From: a virus
Strand: one strand, 5' to 3'
DNA length: 64,000 nucleotides
Virus record (IMG/VR): IMGVR_UViG_3300042445_000711
Location: 1-64,000 of that record
Shown piece after piece: positions 49,401 through 59,275 of the stretch. The notes beneath the pieces are model-generated. The model searched no databases. It worked only from the letters and a program-made list of their open reading frames with translations, and had not been told where the DNA came from. Every line of letters begins with the position of its first letter. The first letter of the stretch is position 1. The position numbers were made by a program, and so were the translations under genes.

Positions 49401-51340
49401 AATGAAGAACTTAAATACAAACCAACTAATTGTGCAGATGATGTATTTGTTAATATTAAATCATCTAATGATTCATAATTAGTAGAACTACCTTTTATAT
49501 AATCAACTTCAATTGAAAAGTTCGGTCCTTTTATTGGAGGACAGGATAAATTATCTTGCTCTGTAAGGATTACCGTTTCAATTAACGGATTTGTCAATAA
49601 TTTAGTAACCCAAAATGTTGAATTTGGTGTTACAGATGCCGGTATTGGTGAATATAATTTTAATATTATAGATTCAACTTTGTCCGTTTCTTGAACAAAT
49701 TCATTACCTAATTGGTCTACCGATTTTTTAGATAAAGACCAATCATCCGTTTCCCAAGATGAAATTAATACTTGCTCATCATTACCAAAATTAGCAAGGT
49801 GAGTTAAGTTTTTACTTTCTTTTTCTGGTTCAATTATTTGTAGCTTTTCAATAAAAGCATCAAACATTGCTTTACCAAAAATCTCTTCATTAATTTCTAA
49901 TAAAGGTAGTATTAATTTAGTAACAATTTCATAATCATTACCAATAAGTGATTCAGCACCACCTCTATTGTATGGTATTAGTTTTAAAGTTACATTATCA
50001 CTACCTGTCCAATTGGGGAATCTATCTCTTAATGTTTTAAGATGTATAGTTACTCTTCCATTTGTAGGTTGATTTACGAATAATGGAACAAACGAATTAT
50101 CTTTTAATTTTAAATGTATATCTACACTCGTTGCTGCAAATGTATTCCAAATTACATCATATGATAAATTGTAATCTGAAAAAGATGGAACATCTATTAA
50201 TTCTGCAAATGTTGTTTCTGTAATAGATGGAAAATCATTAATAGCAGTAAATGTTACATTAACTTCTACTCTACCACCAGTACCAAAATTATCACTAACT
50301 GCTACTAATATTATTTTTTTAGTACCATATACTTCCGCAAAATCTTTTTGGAAATAAATAATTGCCTGTCTATCGGATGCAGGAACTTCTATTGTATTAT
50401 TAGGTCCTAAATATACAATTACTCTATCAGCTTGTTCTGTATTAAATGGAATTGCAATTGTTTTTTCTAAATCCGAATCTTTTACAGAAACATTAAATTG
50501 ATTACCATTTGGTAAAATAATCTTTGGTTCTGCGTATTTAATTTCTTTTTGAAAATTTGCAATAACAACAAAACTACTGAATAATTTATTTGCAGGAACT
50601 GAAAATACAGTACCACTAACTTGAGTTAATGCTGATAAATCTCTACCTTCATTTTTTACTAAAGATGAATTACCTTCGTATACACCACTAAATGTAAACC
50701 CATCTGGTAAATTTCCTTCTATTTTAAATAAAACAGTACCATTTTGTAAAACATCCTTTGGTAATTGTTTTTTAGCAAAACTTCTTGTACCATCTAAAAA
50801 TAAAACACCACTATCATGTGTATAATCATTTGATACTATACTATATGTTAAAGATACATTCCCACCTAATTCATTTCTAAAGTTACTACCAAATGAAATT
50901 TCATATTCACTATTTGGATTTGGAGTTACAATTTCTTGTCTATCTACTCTTTTTTTGGCAGCAGGTGGTTGAGGAACAATAACATCTGCAATTTTTGGTA
51001 TTTCTAAATCTTGTAATGCTTTTAATGTTTGTTCTACATTTGTAGGATTTCTTTCATTAATAGTAATTGGGTCACCATTAACATCTGTAAACGTTAATGG
51101 TTGATATATAGGTCCGATTGTATCAGAACCCAAAAATGTAAGTGGATTTATAGGTCCTATATTTGCAGCAATAGCAGCTGATAAATCAGCCTGCCCGGCG
51201 GGAGTATTAATTTGGGCAAGAGTTTCACTTAAACCTGAAAGAGCATTTGGGTCAATTGTTATATTGCTTAATGCTTCATACAATTCGTATGTCATACCAA
51301 GCTTATCTGCTTCTTTCTTTTGTTCTTCCGTTAATGCCAT
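46430..51340 (-). CDS. Large baseplate wedge protein (gp7/tail protein I-like motif)
   Basis: NNLPYLLKHKGTRRGIYALLSCYGIP and LPARVK, a LamG-like segment, and baseplate context. Confidence 0.75.
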   Translation of the reverse strand: MALTEEQKKEADKLGMTYELYEALSNITIDPNALSGLSETLAQINTPAGQADLSAAIAANIGPINPLTFLGSDTIGPIYQPLTFTDVNGDPITINERNPTNVEQTLKALQDLEIPKIADVIVPQPPAAKKRVDRQEIVTPNPNSEYEISFGSNFRNELGGNVSLTYSIVSNDYTHDSGVLFLDGTRSFAKKQLPKDVLQNGTVLFKIEGNLPDGFTFSGVYEGNSSLVKNEGRDLSALTQVSGTVFSVPANKLFSSFVVIANFQKEIKYAEPKIILPNGNQFNVSVKDSDLEKTIAIPFNTEQADRVIVYLGPNNTIEVPASDRQAIIYFQKDFAEVYGTKKIILVAVSDNFGTGGRVEVNVTFTAINDFPSITETTFAELIDVPSFSDYNLSYDVIWNTFAATSVDIHLKLKDNSFVPLFVNQPTNGRVTIHLKTLRDRFPNWTGSDNVTLKLIPYNRGGAESLIGNDYEIVTKLILPLLEINEEIFGKAMFDAFIEKLQIIEPEKESKNLTHLANFGNDEQVLISSWETDDWSLSKKSVDQLGNEFVQETDKVESIILKLYSPIPASVTPNSTFWVTKLLTNPLIETVILTEQDNLSCPPIKGPNFSIEVDYIKGSSTNYESLDDLILTNTSSAQLVGLYLSSSLVSTDDLNIEYVTGSTYAWDNFVHFSSAKERVDNFVYKVQLIENYESLISASYYDPYLSGHTGSLSAIQERDKQLLKKNQLVNGFDGFEKFLYTSSSLSWPHNGSIRKLSSTTEVTDWYETIITLSEDFDIENPNWVQNNIPQFIVNNTENESMLLFLSMIGQHFDNIYFYTKSIEKSRGLGYKSKNGISDKLLFETLKSFDWNAKNLASDSKLWNYVFGKNIDGSVVNASPGKERTNEVWRRIVNNLPYLLKHKGTRRGIYALLSCYGIPSSNLSILEFGGPEVTDTNRSKLIMDNITTALKMTSGSKIDFQWKDTERNRKPDTIEFFVKPATSGEYTLISGSGWDVKVSGSANSNNGYVIFDYSGSNGISSSILPIFNGSFFGISVSREVTGSFHNFELNVRQSDKERTLFQNTISASISSGSSNWNNGSLITLGGNFSGSIDEFRLWSTPLERERFFEHVSFPEMINGNHVSASTDDLFFRLDFEYPKNLYPSASLPNVDTNIYFSGSLTRNNYEDGNTSLLFSENPSASYSASAYGFSNAVSYPYNFEAIDRTVVLDIPDVGSSRYSTNKIRFEEQTLVTDLSVNSRATRKSLDQAPTDSNRVGLFFSPTKELNIDIAKSFGGINLDNYIGDPSDRYKTNYRGLDDLRKYYFKRFNNIDIYAYINLIKLYEKSMFEDIKNMLPARVKATTGLLIEPHFLERSKIAQKKPTGENNQYESVIHYDDSTVLTSENFQQEVTLDANSQYLLTGENNQKETVIDANLSENLIAENYQYDTEIQNTETTLVGAEYYQKEVTIDAGLEDPTIVTEIDLINSSIIVGQTDYESIGFGLYAQDGHAIRTYFDKNNRRVKERVKVDLVKEQKTRKTLKYKTTVNGIGDIKDGFVLTSSVYYETNLNIQPFSGSKTINAGTGSIIEVIPLNGYLPTHYRNTTDLTRGLQNSFYNGSKNTAATTLDGSSPVETFVSNPNTLKVNKAGRSANEPILEVE

Positions 51341-51353
51341 TTAATACTTTTAT

Positions 51354-51363
51354 TATAAATATC
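51354..51363 (-). promoter_or_regulatory. GATATTTATA motif
   Basis: Intergenic, upstream of the ATG at 51340. Confidence 0.6.
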
Positions 51364-51369
51364 TTATTA

Positions 51370-52926
51370 TTAATAATCTCTACCTGTTGGGTCGTTCTCT
51401 ACATAGAATAAATCATTATTAAACCCTGAGTTTGTACCATTTAATCCCGCTGGTACATATTTAGTAGAGCTACCACCACCACCTATTCCTAATCCAATTT
51501 CTTGTTGAGCAGCAGTACTAAATTCGGTATCTACTAAATTTGGTTTAGTTTGAGTAGTAGGTGTTATTTCTTTTGAATTAGTTGGAGTAGTACCACAAAT
51601 ACTACGTTTATCTATGTTACCATATCCACCCTCCGCAATACTCACACTATTTTCAATTGCACATACAGTTCTTTGTTCACCTGGTGCTAGTATATAAGAA
51701 ATAACTCCATTTGTACCCAATTGACGTAAAATAAATGTTCTATTATCCGATGGGTGGTAGTTACTTAATATATATTCATATGCAACTTCTGATGGTGCAG
51801 ATGGTGATGGTTTAGTTGGTTGTTTTGGTGGTCTGGTTGGTTCGGCTATCTTTTCTATAATTTCAACTTCTCTTATAGTTTTAATTGGTGATAATTGGTT
51901 TATTCCAGTAACCGTTACATCAACTTTATCTGGCATATAAATATTTCTCTTAATATCTATTTTAGTACCAAATGAATCTAAATTATTTTGTATTTGTTTT
52001 CTTAATTCAACTATTCCAAATTCTTTTGGTAATTGTTTAATATCAACTTGTCTTCTTTGTAATGCTTTTGTATTAAAACTAATGCAATTATTTAATATAC
52101 TTTGGATTTCTCCTAACAACATATTAAAATCATATTGACCACAACTTTCAAATCTTATTTCGGATGGTTTACCAAATGTAGATTGAGATATATCGTAGTA
52201 TCTATTGTTTACCCAATTTTTTATACTATCTCTAAAATTATCAAATATTCTTTTATGAAAAATATCTAAATCTCTTAATCCAAAATCTTTTCTTAATACA
52301 CTTCTAAAATCATTTCCAAATTTAGCAACCAATGCATCATCTATTACAGATAAAGAACCTGTTTCAAACTTATCTAATGCATCTAATATATTTTTTTTAT
52401 AATATTTAAAATCTTTACTTAAATTGTGAATATTTTTAAATTCAGTATTTGTAATATGATTTATATTACCATTATTAGTTTTTAATGGAACTATACGAAC
52501 TTCTTCTCTTGATGGTGATATTTCTTGAACCCAAACTCTTGTTAAATTATTATCAGTTCCTATTTTGTTTCTAACAAAATTTATATTAACTTTGAGAATA
52601 CCATTTGAATATCCTAAATCTTTTAAAAGTCTTTCAACATTTATAGCAAGTTCTTTTTGACCTCCTGCATTAACTATATCGTACATATAGTTTTTCATAT
52701 CATTTGGTTTAATATATGCAACGTTGTTTCCTGCTTTATTTGGTAATAAAACATTATTAACATCATATATAGAAACCTCCATAACATCGTGTTTACAATC
52801 ACCAAAATCTGCTTCTTCTATTTCAGTTTTGGATACAATAAACAAATCGTCCTTTAAAAGAAAATTACCTTTATTTTCTTTTCTAGAATCAATTTCTTCA
52901 AAGTTGGTATATTTTGTAATACTCAT
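51370..52926 (-). CDS. Putative virion structural protein
   Basis: Within the baseplate operon. EISPSREEVR and a Pro-rich linker. Confidence 0.6.
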   Translation of the reverse strand: MSITKYTNFEEIDSRKENKGNFLLKDDLFIVSKTEIEEADFGDCKHDVMEVSIYDVNNVLLPNKAGNNVAYIKPNDMKNYMYDIVNAGGQKELAINVERLLKDLGYSNGILKVNINFVRNKIGTDNNLTRVWVQEISPSREEVRIVPLKTNNGNINHITNTEFKNIHNLSKDFKYYKKNILDALDKFETGSLSVIDDALVAKFGNDFRSVLRKDFGLRDLDIFHKRIFDNFRDSIKNWVNNRYYDISQSTFGKPSEIRFESCGQYDFNMLLGEIQSILNNCISFNTKALQRRQVDIKQLPKEFGIVELRKQIQNNLDSFGTKIDIKRNIYMPDKVDVTVTGINQLSPIKTIREVEIIEKIAEPTRPPKQPTKPSPSAPSEVAYEYILSNYHPSDNRTFILRQLGTNGVISYILAPGEQRTVCAIENSVSIAEGGYGNIDKRSICGTTPTNSKEITPTTQTKPNLVDTEFSTAAQQEIGLGIGGGGSSTKYVPAGLNGTNSGFNNDLFYVENDPTGRDY

Positions 52927-52932
52927 AAATTA

Positions 52933-54096
52933 TTAAGTTTGATGATTTTGATAATCAGCTTTAGTCTTTTTAGATAATTTAATTCCGTAAGTTTTTATTT
53001 CACTTTTTCCAGCTGCGTTAGTTACGGTTATTTTCATTGAACCACCTGTATAATCTGAAGAATCGCGTTCTGTTAAATTACCCCAACCATTTCTTCTCCA
53101 ATGAGAACTCTTTCCCTCTGTAGCTTGTGTATTTAAATTTAAAGTTATATCTTTTGAACCACCTGCAGGAACTTGAAATGATGTTTCTGGAACATTAAAG
53201 AATCTGACATCTTGTGGGTATGCAACAGATATTTCAACTTTAATAGGTTCTTTATCGTTATTTGTAAATTTAATATTCTGTCCATTAATCCATTTACCAA
53301 TTAATTCAGAACTTATATTTGCTTTGATTGGTGGTTCTGATTTAGCAGTTGATGGTTCTAACTTAATTAATGCAACATCTAACACCATATCTGCCCCACT
53401 TGCTAATGCAGTTGCCCTTGTTCCTTGTACAATTGCTTGTTGTTGTTGAGATGCACCTAATTGAGCCTGTAAACCTTCAATTATAGAGTTTAATGAATCA
53501 ATTTGTTTAATCAATGCAGTAATTTGTGCAAAGAAACCTTTATTTTGTGCTTGTAAGGATGCTCTTAAAATTGATTCATCAATGGATTTTTGAACCGCAG
53601 TAGCTATTTGCATTGCAAAATCCGAAATGGTCTTAGCTAATACATTTAATTGATTCGATAAAACATCATTAGTTTGTTCTATTACCAATCTTTTATTTAT
53701 CTCTACTTGAATTTCTGCTTTTAAAGCTGCAACTTGCTGAGTTAAATCTTGATTTTGAATAGTTAAATCTGCTACTTGTTTTCTTAAATCTTCATTGGTT
53801 GCAACTTGCTCATCATATAAAGGTTTTGGAACTAAATCTAAATTTGGTACGGGGATATTTGGTTTTAATTCTTTAACAACCGTATCAATTGCTTTTTGCA
53901 ATTCTACATTATCGTATTTATCTTTATTTAAAGATTTAAAAATTAAAGAAGATGCTGAATCATTTTCATCAACAATTGTTATTCCATATTCATTTTTAGT
54001 AATTGCAGCAGAACCAGACACTTTTAGAATTTCTTCTAATTGTGCAGTTTTTATATTTTGTATTTTTTCAGAAATTGTTTCTGTAGATGTATTCAT
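52933..54096 (-). CDS. Coiled-coil protein with C-terminal Ig-like beta domain (putative virion protein)
   Basis: Heptad-rich central region and a beta-rich C-terminus. Confidence 0.6.
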   Translation of the reverse strand: MNTSTETISEKIQNIKTAQLEEILKVSGSAAITKNEYGITIVDENDSASSLIFKSLNKDKYDNVELQKAIDTVVKELKPNIPVPNLDLVPKPLYDEQVATNEDLRKQVADLTIQNQDLTQQVAALKAEIQVEINKRLVIEQTNDVLSNQLNVLAKTISDFAMQIATAVQKSIDESILRASLQAQNKGFFAQITALIKQIDSLNSIIEGLQAQLGASQQQQAIVQGTRATALASGADMVLDVALIKLEPSTAKSEPPIKANISSELIGKWINGQNIKFTNNDKEPIKVEISVAYPQDVRFFNVPETSFQVPAGGSKDITLNLNTQATEGKSSHWRRNGWGNLTERDSSDYTGGSMKITVTNAAGKSEIKTYGIKLSKKTKADYQNHQT

Positions 54097-55181
54097 TAGG
54101 ATACTATTTCAAATATATATTTATCATCTATGATTGTAGTTATTCCACTTTCAATTATTTTTATTTTTAATCGGTATGTTCTATTAATAGGTAGTGTTGA
54201 TAAATCCATTATAAAATAATTAGATGTAGAATCACAACTTACTTTAGTATAATCACCGAATGGGAATATTACTTCTTCTGTTATATAATCTTCTATTTGA
54301 TATTGAGTTGAACCAGATGGTAAATATTTAACTTGGTCATATGAGAATGTTGTTCCAAATGTTTTTAATGGATACATATCTCTACCTTTTAATCTAATTT
54401 TTACTTTTGTATTAGTAACATACTGATTTTTTAAATTACTAACAACAACTTTATATTCATCTTGTGCCGAACCAGTTACAGGTGTTAAACTTCCAGTTGA
54501 AAAAGAACTATCATCCCAAACTAATTCTAATTTTGGTTCGTAAATAGTACCAGTTTCTTTTGAAAAGAATTTAACAACTCCATAATCTAATTCATCATTT
54601 TCTGCATCAATACTATGTCTAATTATAAATCCATTATTCTTTAAAGAACCACTAACCCATTGATGCATTATGTTGGTAACATTCATTCTAATATCATCTG
54701 GCTCATTACTAAACGATTGTGTTGCTGAACCTGTAATGAACCAAGTTCCACCTTCTGCGTTTGCTGAACCTGTTGTTCCTGCTACAAATACTGCCGTACC
54801 TGCCGTTACATTATCTTGCCATGTAGCTATACCATTTCTATATTTCCAACTAACACCATCAGATGTTATATTATCAAATTTTGTTCCCGTACCCATTGTC
54901 CAACTTTGAGAAACTGCATTTGCATAAATTGAATACTCTAATGGGATTTCTTCAGAGTTAGCAGAACGCAATACTAAATATGTTTCCCAACTACCTGTTC
55001 CTATTGATTGTATTTCTGACTTAATTGAACCTGTATCAAATTTAATTAAAGTTCTAGCTATATCTTTTGTAGAACCATAATATAATTTACCAACTTCCAA
55101 CATTTCATCCCTACCTGCGTTCTGGTCTGGTTGTTGTAAGTATATACTTGCGTCAAATGATGATGTGAAAAATTTATGCAT
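54096..55181 (-). CDS. Putative virion protein with a DNRLRE/CBM96-like domain
   Basis: DASIY..QNAG.DEMLEV, RTLIKFD, NNGFII, KFFSKET...PKLEL. Confidence 0.65.
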   Translation of the reverse strand: MHKFFTSSFDASIYLQQPDQNAGRDEMLEVGKLYYGSTKDIARTLIKFDTGSIKSEIQSIGTGSWETYLVLRSANSEEIPLEYSIYANAVSQSWTMGTGTKFDNITSDGVSWKYRNGIATWQDNVTAGTAVFVAGTTGSANAEGGTWFITGSATQSFSNEPDDIRMNVTNIMHQWVSGSLKNNGFIIRHSIDAENDELDYGVVKFFSKETGTIYEPKLELVWDDSSFSTGSLTPVTGSAQDEYKVVVSNLKNQYVTNTKVKIRLKGRDMYPLKTFGTTFSYDQVKYLPSGSTQYQIEDYITEEVIFPFGDYTKVSCDSTSNYFIMDLSTLPINRTYRLKIKIIESGITTIIDDKYIFEIVS

Positions 55182-57211
55182 TATAGTGCTCTTCCTTTAA
55201 TATCTTTATTTGGGTACTTAACTTCAAAAACACAAGGGTCTAATGATGGATAAATCATCTTATCTTTAGTTGCTTGGTCTATATTGTATTTGTTTGTAGA
55301 ATAGTTTCCATCACCACCACATAGGTTATATATTTTAACCGATGGAACACTCATAACTCCTTCTACATTTGCAAGAATTAATTCCATTTCTGAAATATTT
55401 ATTGGTTTATTAAAAGTCCAATTTTCTATATTAAAATAATCTTGCATTTGTAATAAACAATTTGCTATTACTTCATTTTTATTATAATTAGAATAACATA
55501 TTACTTCAAAATCACATCCAACATTTACAATAAATCCATTTAATAAATTTACTGAATCTGTCATCAAACGATATTCTCCTAAATAAGTTTTTAAATTTTG
55601 TTTAACTGCCGTATTTAAATTTGTAAGTTTTTTATTTTCATCATAACCTAAAATATACATATTAATTGCAAATGGATTATTTACTTCCGATATTGCAGAA
55701 CGTTTTTGTGAAAGGTATTTAACTAATTCTTTTTGAACTTCGGATTGTGGTTTATCTTTTAACCCATCTACCAACCCAACAAATTCAGTAATATATTTTG
55801 GATTTGCTAAAATAGATGATGGTGAATTATTATCAATCTCCCCATCAGGTGAAACATATACTTTTGCAATTGAACCATATCGTTCTGGCATAGATAAAGT
55901 TCTTACAACATAATCTTGTCTAGTTACTGCTCTATTTTGAGAACCAAACGAACCCAATGCGTTTTGTCTAATCTCTTCAATCGATTCACTACTTCTACCA
56001 CCAACTGCGGGTTCTAAATTTTCAACCGCAATAGTTGTTTTGGTATCATTATATCCACTTAATATATCCAATGGAATTGATAGAACATCTTCTTCAAATT
56101 CAATTTTTCTTATTGTAGTTAAATCACCAGTATTTACGTTTGATTCAATACCCCCACCAACTAAATAATTTATTAAAAGAGTTTTGCCCGCAGGAGATAT
56201 TCCAAATGTATTTGTTTTTAAAAAATTAGATGGGTCAATACCTTGATTTAATCTTTGTATTGAATTTGCTAATCCTAATCCTATATTTTTTGTATTTGGT
56301 AAAATTTGCTCGTCTGTTAAACCAGTACCTCCACCATTTCCAAATTGTAAATCTATAGTATTATTGGAATTTACTTTTACAGAAAATCTGCGAGGTACTT
56401 TTTGTACTTCTAAAATATAAGGAACGGAGCCAGAAAATTCATTTAAATCTGAATTATATGATGTATTTTGTTTTTCAACAAAAATAGTTTCCTGAGCTAA
56501 ATAAGGAACTTCATAAAATATTTCATTTGTATTTGAATCTACAATAGAAGTTATTCCTATAATATTGGTATCCGATAATGTTGCGGATGGGTAATCGGTA
56601 TCTGTTTCTTGAAATGTAATTGAAGTAGAAATTTGCCTTGCAGATATTGCCTTTACTGTTTTTGAAATTAAATATCTAGTAGGATTTCCGTTGGGGTCTC
56701 TTTCAAATACACTAACAGAATTACTACCCGTATCTGCAAAATTAACAGAATCAGTTGTTCTAAATACTATTTCCGCATTCGTTGAAGATTGAATTTCCAT
56801 TCCCTCTTTTACTCTTAAATAAAATCTACTATCTGGTACACTCTGCACTCCAACTCCAACCGATGGAACTAATTGATGAACTGTCATCGTAGTTACTGCA
56901 GGTGTTGTTACTTTTGGTTTATAACCCATTGTTTGTGCCAATGCTATAACGTTTTTACGTTCAGTAGCATAAGCTAACATAGATTCTTTTAATTGAACAT
57001 CTTGATAGAAAGATAAAATATCACCAATGGCAGCTGCATGTTCTATAAATATTGTTCCTGGTGATGAATCTGAAAAATCAGCATAGGAATTTGGAAAATA
57101 AGTTTTAGTATATTCTATTAGGTTTTGCTTTAAAGTAGCAAAATCTTTACCAAGATAACTTATCTTTTTATTATCGTTTCCCCAATTTTTATCTATCGGT
57201 TTAATTGCCAT
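55181..57211 (-). CDS. Baseplate wedge subunit (T4 gp6/baseplate J-like)
   Basis: KDFATLKQNL, LSFYQD, FGNG, AVGGRSSESIEEIR, QNRAVTRQDY. Confidence 0.92.
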   Translation of the reverse strand: MAIKPIDKNWGNDNKKISYLGKDFATLKQNLIEYTKTYFPNSYADFSDSSPGTIFIEHAAAIGDILSFYQDVQLKESMLAYATERKNVIALAQTMGYKPKVTTPAVTTMTVHQLVPSVGVGVQSVPDSRFYLRVKEGMEIQSSTNAEIVFRTTDSVNFADTGSNSVSVFERDPNGNPTRYLISKTVKAISARQISTSITFQETDTDYPSATLSDTNIIGITSIVDSNTNEIFYEVPYLAQETIFVEKQNTSYNSDLNEFSGSVPYILEVQKVPRRFSVKVNSNNTIDLQFGNGGGTGLTDEQILPNTKNIGLGLANSIQRLNQGIDPSNFLKTNTFGISPAGKTLLINYLVGGGIESNVNTGDLTTIRKIEFEEDVLSIPLDILSGYNDTKTTIAVENLEPAVGGRSSESIEEIRQNALGSFGSQNRAVTRQDYVVRTLSMPERYGSIAKVYVSPDGEIDNNSPSSILANPKYITEFVGLVDGLKDKPQSEVQKELVKYLSQKRSAISEVNNPFAINMYILGYDENKKLTNLNTAVKQNLKTYLGEYRLMTDSVNLLNGFIVNVGCDFEVICYSNYNKNEVIANCLLQMQDYFNIENWTFNKPINISEMELILANVEGVMSVPSVKIYNLCGGDGNYSTNKYNIDQATKDKMIYPSLDPCVFEVKYPNKDIKGRAL

Positions 57212-57213
57212 TA

Positions 57214-57651
57214 TTAATTATTTACATTTATTTGTACTGAATCACCTAAATTTGGGTTTGATGCCAATGAAAACTTAATATCTAAACCAATTGTATGATT
57301 ATCTATATCAATATCATCGTAATCAAAAATTATTTGGTCTATGTTCAAATATGGTAACCAGATAGATACTGCATCTATTATTGTATTTTCTATTTTTGAA
57401 TCAATATCACCTTCAATGATTGGTTCAAATAATAATTTCCAAATATCACATCCAAATTCTGGATTCATTATTCTTTCACCTTTATGTGTAAGAATTAAAT
57501 TTTTTAAATTATCTTTTGCCTGAGTTAAAGTTGTATAGTTGACAGAAAATATACCATTAGAATTAGAACTTTTATTGATTCCAATTCCTATTATTTTATA
57601 ATCATTTTCCGTTAAATCTTGTACTTTTACTTTACCTAGTTCTAAAGCCAT
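57214..57651 (-). CDS. Baseplate wedge subunit gp25-like
   Basis: NLILTHKGERIMNPEFGCDIWKLLFEP. Confidence 0.93.
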   Translation of the reverse strand: MALELGKVKVQDLTENDYKIIGIGINKSSNSNGIFSVNYTTLTQAKDNLKNLILTHKGERIMNPEFGCDIWKLLFEPIIEGDIDSKIENTIIDAVSIWLPYLNIDQIIFDYDDIDIDNHTIGLDIKFSLASNPNLGDSVQINVNN

Positions 57652-58193
57652 TATTTAAATCTTTTTACTAATTCAGAATAATCTCTCGTTAATGCTTTCA
57701 TAGTTGCATCTTGCAATGCATCACCCGTTGATTCTATTTGTTGTGGCATATTTTGTGGAACACCCGAATCTCTATAATCCATAGTTTCCCAACCATCTTC
57801 TTCAACACTCATTTGTGGTTGTAACATATCTAATACACTACCACCACTACCACCACCCTCTGCTCTTTGTGCTGCGGTAAATGGAGTTGTCATATTAAGA
57901 ATTTCGTTTAATGCAGAATTCTTTGTATATTCCTTTTGTGGTTGTTGAACTCTTTGTTGTTGTGGTACAGATACTCTACTCTTTTGTAAAGCAGCACTTG
58001 CCGCTGCAAATGGGTCTGTAGTTCCAATTGCCTCCTTTAATGTAGGAGCTTGTGGTTTTCTGTTAGAATTTAATGTAACTGCACCGGATTTAATAAGCTT
58101 TGTTATTTCAGAAATAACCTGCTGTCTAACCTGTGTCTTAACTTCATTCTTAACCACTTCTTTAATAAGTGATAATAAAATGTCTGATTTCAT
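57651..58193 (-). CDS. Hypothetical protein (late operon)
   Basis: LIKEVV, LKEA, LNEILN; preceded by ATATTTAT at 58218-58225. Confidence 0.7.
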   Translation of the reverse strand: MKSDILLSLIKEVVKNEVKTQVRQQVISEITKLIKSGAVTLNSNRKPQAPTLKEAIGTTDPFAAASAALQKSRVSVPQQQRVQQPQKEYTKNSALNEILNMTTPFTAAQRAEGGGSGGSVLDMLQPQMSVEEDGWETMDYRDSGVPQNMPQQIESTGDALQDATMKALTRDYSELVKRFK

Positions 58194-58255
58194 AATAAAA
58201 ATATGTTCGTTATGTTAATAAATATAATAAGTTCAAATTTATCCATTGTTTATAA

Positions 58256-59275
58256 TTAACCAGGTAAATCAACTTGAACAATATTTGGATTTAATATAGA
58301 AGCAAGTCCTTCTTGTTGAGATGGTGTTAAATTTGGGTTACTACCCGCATCAATAAATCCAGAAATAATACGGTTTCCAAAAGCATCAACACTAACTTCA
58401 CCTTTACCAATTAAAGCTTCGGATGATACTGCTAATAAAGTTGAACCAGCCACTTCTAACCCAACTTCTTTTACTCTAGTTGCCCCTGCTCTTCCCGTTG
58501 TTTGTAATATTTGTTTCCAAGACCTGCCAGTAAATAATGTTGGAGATACTGGATATGTAAAATATCCCAACCAAGGTAATACCCCAGGTCCAGGAGGAGC
58601 CGGTGGCGGATATTGACAATTACAAAAAAACATACCACCAACTGTTAATAAATGTAAGTTTGCACTAATTATAAAATTTAATAAAAATGGTGCAGGTTCT
58701 GCATTTGGTGTAACAACCAATGGTGTCCAAATACCAGGTGAGAAATTAAAACCAATTGTTGTTGTTAAGTTTGCAAGAGAACCTATACATGGTATAGATG
58801 GTGTTGGAAAAGATTTTGAATTTGGTATTGGTAATGGTGAATGAGTTGCACCTGTCCAATATGCTTGAATTGCAGGTCCTATATCTCTTAATAAATCACC
58901 ATTTTTATCTAATTTTGTTTTATTTAAAATACCTAATAAAGTAATACCCATTAATTTCTGATTTCCACCTTCAAACGGAACTCCGCCCACTATGGTAAAC
59001 CCCGCTTTTATAACTTTATCGTATTCTTCTGATAAGTTTTTTGCAAATACGGCATTAGAAACTATATTTTCTATACTTTCTATATCCGTTCCAAGAGCAG
59101 ATGTAATATCAATTCCAAAGTATGTATTAAGACCTTCCGTAGCTTGAACCGTTGCCTGTGAATACAGAGTTGCTTCTAACATATCAACTGCCATATTAAA
59201 ATAAAACTCAGCCCAACTTTTGGATGGTTTAGCAATAAATGGATTAATACCAGGTTTAGCTAAATTAATTGCCAT
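58256..59275 (-). CDS. Hypothetical Pro-rich baseplate-associated protein
   Basis: Directly downstream of the gp5-like gene; contains PPPAPPGPGVLPW. Confidence 0.6.
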   Translation of the reverse strand: MAINLAKPGINPFIAKPSKSWAEFYFNMAVDMLEATLYSQATVQATEGLNTYFGIDITSALGTDIESIENIVSNAVFAKNLSEEYDKVIKAGFTIVGGVPFEGGNQKLMGITLLGILNKTKLDKNGDLLRDIGPAIQAYWTGATHSPLPIPNSKSFPTPSIPCIGSLANLTTTIGFNFSPGIWTPLVVTPNAEPAPFLLNFIISANLHLLTVGGMFFCNCQYPPPAPPGPGVLPWLGYFTYPVSPTLFTGRSWKQILQTTGRAGATRVKEVGLEVAGSTLLAVSSEALIGKGEVSVDAFGNRIISGFIDAGSNPNLTPSQQEGLASILNPNIVQVDLPG

